The notes: generated by a model from the letters alone, not told the origin. Shown: positions 1-8,437, counted from the first letter of the stretch. The stretch: DNA of 57,236 nucleotides from Candidatus Burarchaeum australiense (GCA_902386535.1 CABMJK010000014.1:1-57236); one strand, 5' to 3'. Numbers and translations: made by a program.

Positions 1-454
1 CAGACGTTCCAAACGGGCTTATCTTCAGCCGCCTATAGCCTCGTGCAAGCAGTTTATCGCGCTGCTTCTGCGAAAGCTCCTTTTCCACGTAAAGGCGATT
101 TGAAAGGCGTGCGCCCTTCCTCTTCTTCAGAACCGGTATCAATTCTGGCTTAGGCTTCTTCCGTTCTGCCTCCCGCCGCTCCATCTCCTTCTGCATTTTC
201 TCAAATTCCTTGTAAAACTCCACCGATTCCGGCCAGACTTGTGCTTCCGCCTCTTTGTCCGTCATATTTGCATTTTCCATCAGTTCACAGAATCGCAGTA
301 TCTTCTTATGCTCCTCTATTCTGACTGCCTTCTTTTCCTCCTCACTATAGCCCATCCAGTCAATCCCATCCACCGTGCTAGCTATGTGGTATTCCAGCCA
401 GTTCGGTTCATTCCGCTGGCTCCAATATTCCATCAAAAGTTCAAACTTCGTCAT
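1..454 (-). CDS. hypothetical protein, C-terminal part cut by window edge (element-borne)
   Basis: Minus-strand frame is open from the ATG at 454 to the left edge. It is absent from the ORF track because there is no stop in the window. Its start overlaps the stop of 441..980 by 14 nt (ATGACGAAGTTTGA), so it is operon-like with the integrase. Confidence 0.4.
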   Translation of the reverse strand, partial: MTKFELLMEYWSQRNEPNWLEYHIASTVDGIDWMGYSEEEKKAVRIEEHKKILRFCELMENANMTDKEAEAQVWPESVEFYKEFEKMQKEMERREAERKKPKPELIPVLKKRKGARLSNRLYVEKELSQKQRDKLLARGYRRLKISPFGTS

Positions 455-980
455 CATCCCCCTCTTTGTCAATGTCATACAGCATCAGTTCCTGCTTTAT
501 GGCAAACAGCCTAAATGAGACGTTTTCCAGTTCAACCGCCAATGCCTTGATTTCGTCGTAGGTTCCGAGCTCCCTGACGTCATACGACTCCATCGCACCC
601 TTCCCTCTTTTTCGTTCGTACCTCTCGTCATAGGGGTCCCTGTTCTTCACCTTATTTATTTCCCATGCGAACTCCTGCACTGCGTTGGATTTTCTATCCA
701 CGATTTTCATTAGCTCTGCCCTCTTCCTGAGCAGCCTCTCATATTCCAGCAGCAGTTGCCCCAGCGCATTATCATCAAGCGTTTTGTTATCGGCCTCCTC
801 TTTTTCCCTGCCTCCCAAGAACCAGTAGCGTATTTTATCAGAGAGCCACTCCGCGAACATTTTGAGCCCCACCACAACCGCAAACGGCATGGCAAACAGC
901 ACAACCAGCGCCAAACCTATTAGCACTCCCGCGCCTTTCACCACATATTCAAACAACTCCTCAACAGCCATTTCACTCAC
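441..980 (-). CDS. hypothetical membrane-anchored coiled-coil protein
   Basis: 179-aa ORF with an N-terminal hydrophobic helix (GVLIGLALVVLFAMPFAVVVGL) followed by charged helical sequence. It overlaps the integrase stop by 8 nt. Confidence 0.5.
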   Translation of the reverse strand: MSEMAVEELFEYVVKGAGVLIGLALVVLFAMPFAVVVGLKMFAEWLSDKIRYWFLGGREKEEADNKTLDDNALGQLLLEYERLLRKRAELMKIVDRKSNAVQEFAWEINKVKNRDPYDERYERKRGKGAMESYDVRELGTYDEIKALAVELENVSFRLFAIKQELMLYDIDKEGDDDEV

Positions 981-2172
981 CCAGCAATTCCTTGTCCAGC
1001 CCCATCTCCAGCATCTTTTTCACCAGCAGCTTCTTCACCTCCGCATCCTGTATGAGCAGGTTCATCAGCCCGTTTGCCTGCGTATTGGGGTCATTGATGA
1101 CGAGCCTCTCGTCAAACGGATTGCCGCACTTCCCGCAGAACGACTGCGTAGGAGAATTTCTTTCCTTGCACCTAGAGCAAATTCTCAAATCCAGCTTCGC
1201 CTCTTTCTCTTCCGGCTTCTCCTTCAGCGAGTACAATTGCAGCAAAGTGGAATCAACATCCCTCCCAGAAAGGTGCACATAAGTCGCAGCCATCTCGCTT
1301 CCCTGCGTCCAGCCAAAATACTCTTTCATTTGCGCTTCCGTAAGCTTAGACGCCAACGCCGTAGCCCTAGAGTGCCTAAATAAATGCGGATAAACCCGCT
1401 TCTTTATACCCCCGGCCTTCCTCGCTCTTTCCAGCATAACAAGCAGCGAAGGATAAGCGAAAGGCTGGGGTGAGTACCTGCCCAGCCTGGCAGGCCACAA
1501 GGGCGCATCAGGCTCGTCCTTGGCCGGATGCTCCTGCAGCCACTGGCTCAGCACCTGCACGCTTGCAATTATCCTGACTCGTCTGCTCCCAGTCTTCCCA
1601 TTCACAATAAGCACAGCGCCGTAATTGTCAAACTGGACGTTCTTCAGCTTGAGGTAAAGCAATTCACCTATCCTGCATCCAGACTCGTACAACGCCAATA
1701 TGAGCGCCCTGTCGCGCGCATTGGTGGCGGCATTTGCCAGCCTTCCAACCTCTTCAGCCGAGAGCAGCTCTTCCGGCAGCTTGTGCCCCTTGTTCTTCAT
1801 GCGAGGCTTCAGCCACTTGATCTCAGGTGGGTATTCCTCATCATTCCCCTTCAGCCACTTATAAAACAGCTTCAGGACAACCTTGAAATCATACCTCGTC
1901 GTTTCAGCATAGCCCTTCGAGTCAATGGCAGCCACAAGCCCTATAATGTCCTCCTTCTTCGCCTCTGAAAAGCCCTTCCCAAGCCATCCTGCAAGGTAGC
2001 GTATGCACCACATGCACTTTACAACGCGGAGCTTTGTCGAACCCCTGGCAAGCCGCATCCTGGCAAAATCCGCTATCTGGCGCTTACTCTCGGCAGGCAG
2101 CTTCGAGGCATTCAGCCTCTCCAGCTCCCTTTCGAAGTTCGTCTGACTTTTGTACATATTGTAGTCGCTCAT
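973..2172 (-). CDS. tyrosine recombinase/integrase (XerC/D-like) with C-terminal zinc ribbon
   Basis: ARDRALILALYESGCRIGEL (Arg box), HLFRHSRAT (HxxR) and ATYVHL (catalytic Tyr region). The C-terminal CSRCKERNSPTQSFCGKCGNPF is a 4-Cys ribbon. Confidence 0.85.
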   Translation of the reverse strand: MSDYNMYKSQTNFERELERLNASKLPAESKRQIADFARMRLARGSTKLRVVKCMWCIRYLAGWLGKGFSEAKKEDIIGLVAAIDSKGYAETTRYDFKVVLKLFYKWLKGNDEEYPPEIKWLKPRMKNKGHKLPEELLSAEEVGRLANAATNARDRALILALYESGCRIGELLYLKLKNVQFDNYGAVLIVNGKTGSRRVRIIASVQVLSQWLQEHPAKDEPDAPLWPARLGRYSPQPFAYPSLLVMLERARKAGGIKKRVYPHLFRHSRATALASKLTEAQMKEYFGWTQGSEMAATYVHLSGRDVDSTLLQLYSLKEKPEEKEAKLDLRICSRCKERNSPTQSFCGKCGNPFDERLVINDPNTQANGLMNLLIQDAEVKKLLVKKMLEMGLDKELLGE

Positions 2173-2197
2173 GGCTCCCTGTCCTGCTCAGAGGTCT

Positions 2198-2205
2198 ATT
2201 TATAG
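2198..2205 (-). promoter_or_regulatory. TATA-box candidate for integrase
   Basis: Minus-strand TATAAATA lies about 26 nt upstream of the integrase ATG at 2172. Confidence 0.35.
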
Positions 2206-2448
2206 ATTGCTGCACAATGAGGCACTTTCGTGCCTAGGCTAGCGACGAAGATGGAGTTAGGGGATTGACGAGGAAGCTACGGGTTTGGCATAAGGTCGGT
2301 TTGCAGATGGAAGGTGCTGTGGTGAATAACTCACGTCGGAGAGCGTAATTTCGGCTACGACGTATAATCACCACAGCAGATGGAAGGTGGCTCAAGGATA
2401 GTGTTAAAAGCCTGAAAAGGCATAAAGAATAGCTATTCCTGAGGTGTT

Positions 2449-4002
2449 TTGATGGAGCAGATACAAAAGCCCGTTAATCGTGCCAAAGTCGATGTTGCGA
2501 AAGAGCGGATGCGGTTTGGCGTGTATGAGGCTAGAAATGATGTCTCCAGAACCAGTCCCGAGTCGCTGGAGCGGGCATCTGCTCATTTTTCAGACCTGTC
2601 CTTCGGCCGCGGCGGCGACATGGCTTGGAAATTATCCAACGTAAGCGGCGAAGCATTTCAGAATTTTTTCCCAAGACATATTTTCACACGTGAAAAAAAA
2701 CAGGCAGCAAGGGAATTAGCTGCTGATTATGCGATTGAACATGCAAGGTCGATTTCTACTGATGAGTCATACCATCATTCAGGGTATTTTTCTTCACTGA
2801 ATCATCATTATCAAGACAGCATGTACTATCAGTCATCATACGCTGCATGTGTAATTTATGACGCCGTACAACTAACCAAAGAGGCCTATGGCATGGACCG
2901 GGCCGTTGAAGTTGCAAAAGAACTGGGCGCCAAGGACGATTTCCCAAAGCAATCGCGCAATCAGGCGACTGATGAATTCGCTGCTGATCATGCGTTTGAA
3001 CGTGCAAAGTCGATTCCTAAGGATGATCTAAACTTTGCTTCTGTAATTGATGAAGCCATACGAAAAACCAAAGAGGCCTATGGCTTAGACCGGGCTGTTG
3101 AAGTCGCAGAAGAACTGGGCAATAAGATGGCGGCCCTTGAACTTCTAGCGCGCGACTTATCATACAACTCATACGAGAATCCGCATCCAAACTATATGGG
3201 AAAACTCGAACGGCTAGATAGGTATGCTTCTGCGTTGGTCCAAGACCCTGCACTTGCGCCAGAGGATAAGTTAAGGGTTTTTGATATTAATTCTGATAAG
3301 CATGTTAGCTTTTATTGGGGGAATCCTAAGGAGCTAAAGACTAAAAATGAGTTTTTTTGGCGTTCTTTTAAGAAAGAAGATGTGCAGGCCAATATATCGG
3401 TCTATATACGGGGCATAGAGCTTCAAATTTCCAAAGCACAGTATCTGGAAACAATGGAAAGATGGAACGATGCAGCTAACGCCTGGAAGGGCGTGGCCGA
3501 TCAATTTGTCAATTTAGTAGGAGACGCGACCGAAAATAATGCGTTTAATCGCCAATTCGAAGCACTGAATAAGGGCCTAGCTGCTGTAGACAAGGCTCTT
3601 GGAGAGGTACCAGTGCATAAAGAAAAAATACTCATCCGCCTGAAGACCAACATGCTTGGACAACTAGCATTGATGGCGGTCGGGCAATTCACGCCTGCCA
3701 ATGTCCATAAATACTATGAAGCAGCGAGAGACCACATGCTGAATGTGCGTAATTACGAGGCGCTGGCCTACCTCAGCTTCAAACTGGGTACGCAGAGCAT
3801 TGGAGATAGTCCTTTCCCTGACGACGTAGCCCTCAAACTAGATGAAAAGTCCATATATTATCTGAATATGGCACGCGATGCCGCAATTGCTTCTAAAAAC
3901 ACAGTTATAGTGGAATATGCCTCCGAACTTCTAGACCAGTATACGGCATACCAGCGCCTAGAACAACGTCGTATCAATACTAGTGAAACGCGCCTATCAT
4001 GA
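2449..4002 (+). CDS. hypothetical protein with internal duplicated module (element cargo)
   Basis: 517-aa ORF with no TM segment. TKEAYG(M/L)DRAVEVA(K/E)ELG occurs twice. The underlying DNA (2876-2929 vs 3067-3120) is about 90% identical. Confidence 0.6.
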   Translation: MMEQIQKPVNRAKVDVAKERMRFGVYEARNDVSRTSPESLERASAHFSDLSFGRGGDMAWKLSNVSGEAFQNFFPRHIFTREKKQAARELAADYAIEHARSISTDESYHHSGYFSSLNHHYQDSMYYQSSYAACVIYDAVQLTKEAYGMDRAVEVAKELGAKDDFPKQSRNQATDEFAADHAFERAKSIPKDDLNFASVIDEAIRKTKEAYGLDRAVEVAEELGNKMAALELLARDLSYNSYENPHPNYMGKLERLDRYASALVQDPALAPEDKLRVFDINSDKHVSFYWGNPKELKTKNEFFWRSFKKEDVQANISVYIRGIELQISKAQYLETMERWNDAANAWKGVADQFVNLVGDATENNAFNRQFEALNKGLAAVDKALGEVPVHKEKILIRLKTNMLGQLALMAVGQFTPANVHKYYEAARDHMLNVRNYEALAYLSFKLGTQSIGDSPFPDDVALKLDEKSIYYLNMARDAAIASKNTVIVEYASELLDQYTAYQRLEQRRINTSETRLS

Positions 4003-4198
4003 GTTAGGCTTGCATTTTAGCTGGCGCCAGTTAGCGGGTCCTGTGTCTTGAATTCGCCTAGCCCCCGTCCTCGCTTTTCTTGTCCGAGATTTCGGCCTCA
4101 AGTTGCTCGTGGATCAGGTAGTGCAGTATAAATAGCTTGTTCTAGGTATTTGACGAGGCTACAGCCAGATCGCGGTACACCTATAGTATAAAGCTAGA

Positions 4199-4284
4199 TG
4201 TGGGGGGAGGGATTTGAACCCTCGAACTCACTAAGAGACAAGGTCCTGAGCCTTGCGCCTTTGACCAGACTTGGCGACCCCCAC
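4199..4284 (-). tRNA. tRNA-Leu (anticodon CAG), type II with long variable arm
   Basis: Hand-folded. Acceptor GTGGGGG/CCCCCAC, anticodon stem CAAGG/CCTTG, loop CTCAGGA, variable arm CTC-TTAGT-GAG, T arm GAGGG-TTCAAAT-CCCTC, discriminator A. Confidence 0.85.
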
Positions 4285-4285
4285 C

Positions 4286-4306
4286 AAAAGAACCTACGGT
4301 TCTTTT
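4286..4306 (-). other. hairpin AAAAGAACC-GTA-GGTTCTTTT in the tRNA-Pro/tRNA-Leu spacer, just 5' of tRNA-Leu
   Basis: Perfect 9-bp stem with a 3-nt loop. The core AACCGTAGGTT is shared with the tRNA-Ile leader and intron repeat. Confidence 0.6.
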
Positions 4307-4330
4307 GAGAACTCCCTTCTTCAATGCGAG

Positions 4331-4403
4331 TGGGGCCGCCGAGATTTGAACTCAGGTCTCTAGGTCCCGAACCTAGTAGCATACCAGGCTAGCCCACGGC
4401 CCC
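4331..4403 (-). tRNA. tRNA-Pro (anticodon CGG)
   Basis: Hand-folded. Acceptor GGGGCCG/CGGCCCC, anticodon stem CTAGG/CCTAG, loop TTCGGGA, T arm CTGAG-TTCAAAT-CTCGG, discriminator A. Confidence 0.85.
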
Positions 4404-4433
4404 CTCAGGTATCCCTTCTTTTTCCGTCGATAG

Positions 4434-4443
4434 TATTTATTAA
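4434..4443. promoter_or_regulatory. shared AT-rich TATA element between divergent tRNA-Pro and argS
   Basis: TATTTATTAA lies about 25 nt upstream of the argS ATG (4467) and about 31-40 nt upstream of the tRNA-Pro 5' end (4403) on the other strand. Confidence 0.35.
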
Positions 4444-4466
4444 GTATTTCACCTTTTAATTCCCCC

Positions 4467-6370
4467 ATGACGGCCGACCCGTATCAGCAGGTGCGCGAGG
4501 AGATAGCGAAAAGGCTAGAGGAGGCTTGCCGCTTCTCAGGCTACGCGATCCACCTCACTGACGTGCTGCGCTCGCTCGAGGATGCCAAGCCCGAGTTCGG
4601 CGAAATTGCCTCCACCATTGCATTCACGATTGCAAAAAGCGCGCGCCGCAACCCGAAGGAAATAGCGCTCGAGCTTGCGAAGCGCTTCCCCGAGCACAGG
4701 TTCATTGAAAGGTGCGAGGTGCTCGGCCCCTATCTGAACTTCAGGCTCAGCACAGAATTCCTGAAATACGCGATTGACTCTGCCGTCGACCAGAACCGCA
4801 CCTACGGTTCGCGTGAGCCCAACGGCAAGCACGTCTACGTGGAATTCCCGTCAGTCAATCCGAACAAGCCCTGGCATATCGGCCACCTGCGCAACGCTTT
4901 GCTCGGCGACTCGGTCGCGCGCCTCCTTGCATTCACGGGCTTCGACGTCAAGCGCCTGGACTACATCGATGACCTTGGCCTTCAGGTCGCGCAGAGCGTC
5001 TGGGGTTATCTCAATATGAGCAACAAGATTGACATGAAGGCAGACCAATGGCTCGGCCGCCAGTACGTCGAAGTGGCCAAGCGCATCGCCGACCCCGAAG
5101 TGGAAAAGCAGGTGCGCGAGATAGTCGAGATAATGGAAAAGGGCGACCCGCTTTCCGCCGGTGCGGAAAGGGGCCCCTTTACCGAAGGTAAAGTGGGGGG
5201 CGAGATTTCGGCGACCGCGCGCAAGCTCTGCTCCCAGTGCGTAACGGCGCAATACGAAACCGCCTTCAGGCTCGGCATCTACCATGATTTGCTGATATGG
5301 GAAAGCGACCTCGTGCAGGCGCGCCTGCTCGAGCGCGCGATGGAAAAGGCCAAGGCCCTGGGCGCGGTGCAGATGAGACCGAGGGCAAGAACGCGGGCTG
5401 CCTTGTCGCAAAGCTCGCCGGGCGCGAGGAGTTCGCGCAGATGGAAAGCCCGGACAAGGTGCTGCTGCGCTCGGACGGCACTGCCACCTATGCGGCAAAA
5501 GACCTGGCCTTCGCGCTCTGGAAGTTCGGCGTGATAGATGCGCAGCTGAAATTCTCGGAGTTCCTCAAGCAGCCCAACGGCACCGCGCTTCTAACCTCCT
5601 CGCGGCAGGGCTCAAGTTCGCGCTTCCCTCCCGCTTCCGCAGCCATCAATGTGATAGGCGTCGAGCAGCAATATCCGCAGCGCGTTCTTTCGCTTCTCAT
5701 GGAGTCCATGGGCTTTGGCGAGCAGGCGGCCAACTACGTGCACCTTTCCTACGAGCACGCGGGCCTGCCCGACAAGAAGTTCTCGGGCCGCGAAGGCTCC
5801 TGGGTCGGCTACAGCGCCGACGAGGTAATAGACGAGGCCGAGGCGCGTGCCCTTACTGAAATACGCGCGCGCTTCGCGGACATGGCCGAGGACGAGAAGG
5901 CAAAGATAGCGCGCTCGGTGGGCATAGGCGCGGTGCGCTTCGACATGCTCAGGACCACGCCCGAGAAGAAAATAACTTTCACCTGGGAGAAGGCGCTGAA
6001 CTTCGAGGGCGATTCCGCGCCCTACATCCAATACTCGCACGCGCGCTGCACCCGCATACTCGAGAAGGCCGGCGAGGTGCTCTTCGGCGATATCAGCCTT
6101 CTGTCGGAAGCCGAGGAGCGCGACCTGGCCATGCACCTGGCCCGCTTCCCCAGCAAGGTCTCGCACGCGGCCATCGACATGCGGCCCCACCTGATAGCGG
6201 AATATTTGCTCGAGCTCTCGGCGCTCTTCAGCAAATTCTACAGTGCCTGCCCGGTTTTGAAGGCCGAGCCCCGCATGATGGAGGCCAGGCTCAAGCTCGT
6301 GAAGGCAACCCAGATAGTTCTTCGCAACGGCCTGAACCTGCTCGGAGTCGATGCGCCGGAGAGGATGTGA
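4467..6370 (+). CDS. argS: arginine--tRNA ligase, interrupted by an apparent 1-nt frameshift near 5372-5376
   Basis: The N-terminal part in frame 4467 carries the HIGH-type motif PWHIGHLRN. The C-terminal part in frame 5297 reads ...ETEGKNAGCLVAKL...LRSDGTATYAAKDLAF...YIQYSHARC...VDAPERM. The two frames overlap and together give a full-length ArgRS. Confidence 0.9.
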
Positions 6371-6392
6371 TGCTGTGGCGGAAGAAAATCTC

Positions 6393-6809
6393 ATGTTAGA
6401 CCCGAGTTTGGCTGCAAACAGACCTCTGAGAAATGTCAGGATTGACGGCACGCAGCATACCGTGGAAGCCGTGTATGCTGACGACCTCTTGAGGGCCAAA
6501 TACATTTCCCACGTTTTGAAGATTGCGAAAATCCCGGGCTATAGCTCCTTGGGCAGCGGCAATAACGTAATGATGGCGGACGCGGTTCAGATGGCCTGCA
6601 TGCGGCTTGCATGCGTGGCGCTGCCGATTGACACGGAGGCCGTCAATTTCCTGAATGAGCACGTAAAAGGCAAGAACAAAACCTACTCGCGGGAGGCAAC
6701 TGCCGCACTCCAGCACATACGCGGCCGACGCGCCTCCACCACGCCCGTCCAGTTGCAAGGAACTATTCCAATAACCGGTTCAACTCCTCTGCGCGCCCTG
6801 AACAAATAG
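6393..6809 (+). CDS. hypothetical protein
   Basis: ORF 6351..6809, taking the internal Met. No recognisable motifs. Its composition is more protein-like than that of the antisense ORF. Confidence 0.3.
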   Translation: MLDPSLAANRPLRNVRIDGTQHTVEAVYADDLLRAKYISHVLKIAKIPGYSSLGSGNNVMMADAVQMACMRLACVALPIDTEAVNFLNEHVKGKNKTYSREATAALQHIRGRRASTTPVQLQGTIPITGSTPLRALNK

Positions 6810-6847
6810 CCAGTAGGCATCGAAGCGCCCTGGCCCCATAAGTCCAG

Positions 6848-7756
6848 CTACTTCTTCCCTTCGCGCGGCAAAGTGATGACGGGCGTCTTGCCATCCGCGC
6901 CGAACACGATCACGGGAGAAATGCCCTTCTCCGTAATCACGAACTTCGTATTGTTCTCAAGCGTGGCCTGCAGCACCTCATATTGCTTCAGCGTCTGCGC
7001 ATTGCCCACGAAATATTTCTGCGCCGCGGTGTTCACAGCCTCGATGGCTTTGGCCTTGGCGTCAGCCTCTATCTCCACGGCCTTCGCCGCGCCCTCGGCC
7101 ACCTTTATCGCAGCCCTTCTCTCTCCGTCGGCCTTCGTCTCGGTGGCAGTCGCCAAGTCTGTGGCCGCAATCTTCGTGTTCTCGGCCTTCACGACCTCGT
7201 TCATAGTCTGCTGCACGTCCTTGGGCGGCTCGATTTCCTTGAGCTCGGTCCTCACAATCGAAAGCCCCCAGCCCCTGCCCGTCTTGCCCTCCGCGACCCC
7301 GGTGACCTCGCTCTGCAACTCCTTCAGGAGCTGCTGGTTGATGGTGGTCCTGTCGCTGTTCGCCCTCGTGAGCGTCAGGTTTCCTATGATGTTCCTCAGC
7401 GTGGTCCTCGCCAGATTCACGATCTGCCACTCGTAATTCTGCACGTTATACTGCGATGCCTTCACGCTGTCCTCGTCGGAATTAACGCGGAAGTAAATCT
7501 GCGCGTCCACAAGCGCGTTCAAATTATCCTTGGTGATGATCTCCTGCTTCTCCGCATCCACCATGCGCTCGGTCACGTTGACCACTACCATGCGGTCTAT
7601 TAGCGGTATGATGAAGTTCAGGCCCGGGTTCGCGAAATGGTTGTATTTCCCCAGCCTCTCCACCAGCCCCCTCTGGGTCGGCCGCACTATCTTTATGCTC
7701 AGCAGCACGAGCACCAGCAGCACTAGCAGTCCCACAATAAACATAATGTCAACCAT
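6848..7756 (-). CDS. SPFH/band-7 (stomatin/prohibitin-like) membrane protein
   Basis: N-terminal TM helix, then IVRPTQRGLVERLGKY...IITKDNL...DAQIYFRV typical of the SPFH domain, with an Ala/Lys/Glu-rich coiled-coil tail. Confidence 0.85.
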   Translation of the reverse strand: MVDIMFIVGLLVLLVLVLLSIKIVRPTQRGLVERLGKYNHFANPGLNFIIPLIDRMVVVNVTERMVDAEKQEIITKDNLNALVDAQIYFRVNSDEDSVKASQYNVQNYEWQIVNLARTTLRNIIGNLTLTRANSDRTTINQQLLKELQSEVTGVAEGKTGRGWGLSIVRTELKEIEPPKDVQQTMNEVVKAENTKIAATDLATATETKADGERRAAIKVAEGAAKAVEIEADAKAKAIEAVNTAAQKYFVGNAQTLKQYEVLQATLENNTKFVITEKGISPVIVFGADGKTPVITLPREGKK

Positions 7757-7826
7757 TTTCCCACCTCTTCGCTAAACCCCTTTGGCAACGAGGTTATTAA
7801 AGCCTTATTCGTAATAATTCTTCCAC

Positions 7827-8057
7827 GGGCCCGTGGCGCAGCCTGGAGCCCTTTCTTTCTTGTAAGAAAGAAAGCCCTCCTCTTTCCGCTTCGCGGAAAG
7901 GGACACCATTCCGTGATACGGAATGCGTGTCGGGTAAAGAAAGAACTGTAGGCGGGTAAATAGCGCGGCAGCCTTCTAAGCTGATGGTCGCGAGTTCAAA
8001 AGCCTTGCTGCTTCGCAGCAAGATTTGCCAGCAAGGCTGACAATCTCGCCGGGCCCG
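7827..8057 (+). tRNA. tRNA-Arg (anticodon TCT) with two non-canonical introns: D-loop about 7847-7960 and T-loop about 8001-8043
   Basis: The exons reassemble into GGGCCCG-TG-GCGC-AGCCTGG..TA-GCGC-G-GCAGC-CTTCTAA-GCTGA-TGGTC-GCGAG-TTCAAA..T-CTCGC-CGGGCCC-G. Both inserts are rich in hairpins. Confidence 0.75.
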
Positions 8058-8064
8058 TTAAATC

Positions 8065-8069
8065 TTTTT
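8065..8069 (+). terminator. oligo-T tract downstream of tRNA-Arg
   Basis: TTTTT lies 8 nt after the tRNA 3' end. Archaeal termination commonly uses T tracts. Confidence 0.3.
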
Positions 8070-8129
8070 AAACCCTCGCATGCACTAACACAGCAATGAC
8101 TGCAGTGAATTACACCAATAGGCGATTAC

Positions 8130-8384
8130 ATGGACGAGGAAAAAATCAAACAGATTGTAAAACTTATGGAAATGCTCATGGAAGACACGAGCGTGCCCAA
8201 GAACGTGAGGAAGGCTGTTTCTGACGCCAGGGCGAAGCTGCTGACAAACGACGAGCCCGTAGTGCGGGCCAGCTCTGCGGTCTATCTTCTCAACGAGGTC
8301 AGCGAGGACATCAACATGCCCATGCACGCGCGCACCCAAATCTGGACCATAGTGAGCGCGCTCGAGCAGATAAGGAGCGAGTAA
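8130..8384 (+). CDS. UPF0147-family small conserved archaeal protein
   Basis: 84 aa. The pattern DTSVPKNVRKA...VRASSA...L.E.S.D.NMPMHARTQIW..VS.LE matches the UPF0147 family as I recall it. Confidence 0.7.
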   Translation: MDEEKIKQIVKLMEMLMEDTSVPKNVRKAVSDARAKLLTNDEPVVRASSAVYLLNEVSEDINMPMHARTQIWTIVSALEQIRSE

Positions 8385-8437
8385 CTTTTTGGCTCATCTC
8401 AGAGCATAAAGCCCAAGCAGCAGCGCAAGCCCCAGCC

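Larger units (their letters stand above)
1..4198. mobile_element. candidate integrated element abutting the 3' end of tRNA-Leu (left boundary outside window)
   Basis: Integrase plus orphan genes. GC is visibly lower than in the flanking core genes. The region ends at the 3' end of tRNA-Leu (4199). Confidence 0.45.

Noticed and set aside
4194-4382. 62-aa ORF
   Set aside because: It lies on top of tRNA-Leu and tRNA-Pro.
6396-6758. 120-aa minus-strand ORF
   Set aside because: Gly/Arg/His-rich junk-like sequence antisense to the somewhat more plausible 6393..6809 ORF. Neither is strongly supported.
7797-8021. 74-aa ORF
   Set aside because: It overlaps the intron-containing tRNA-Arg. The region is better explained as tRNA exons plus hairpin-rich introns.
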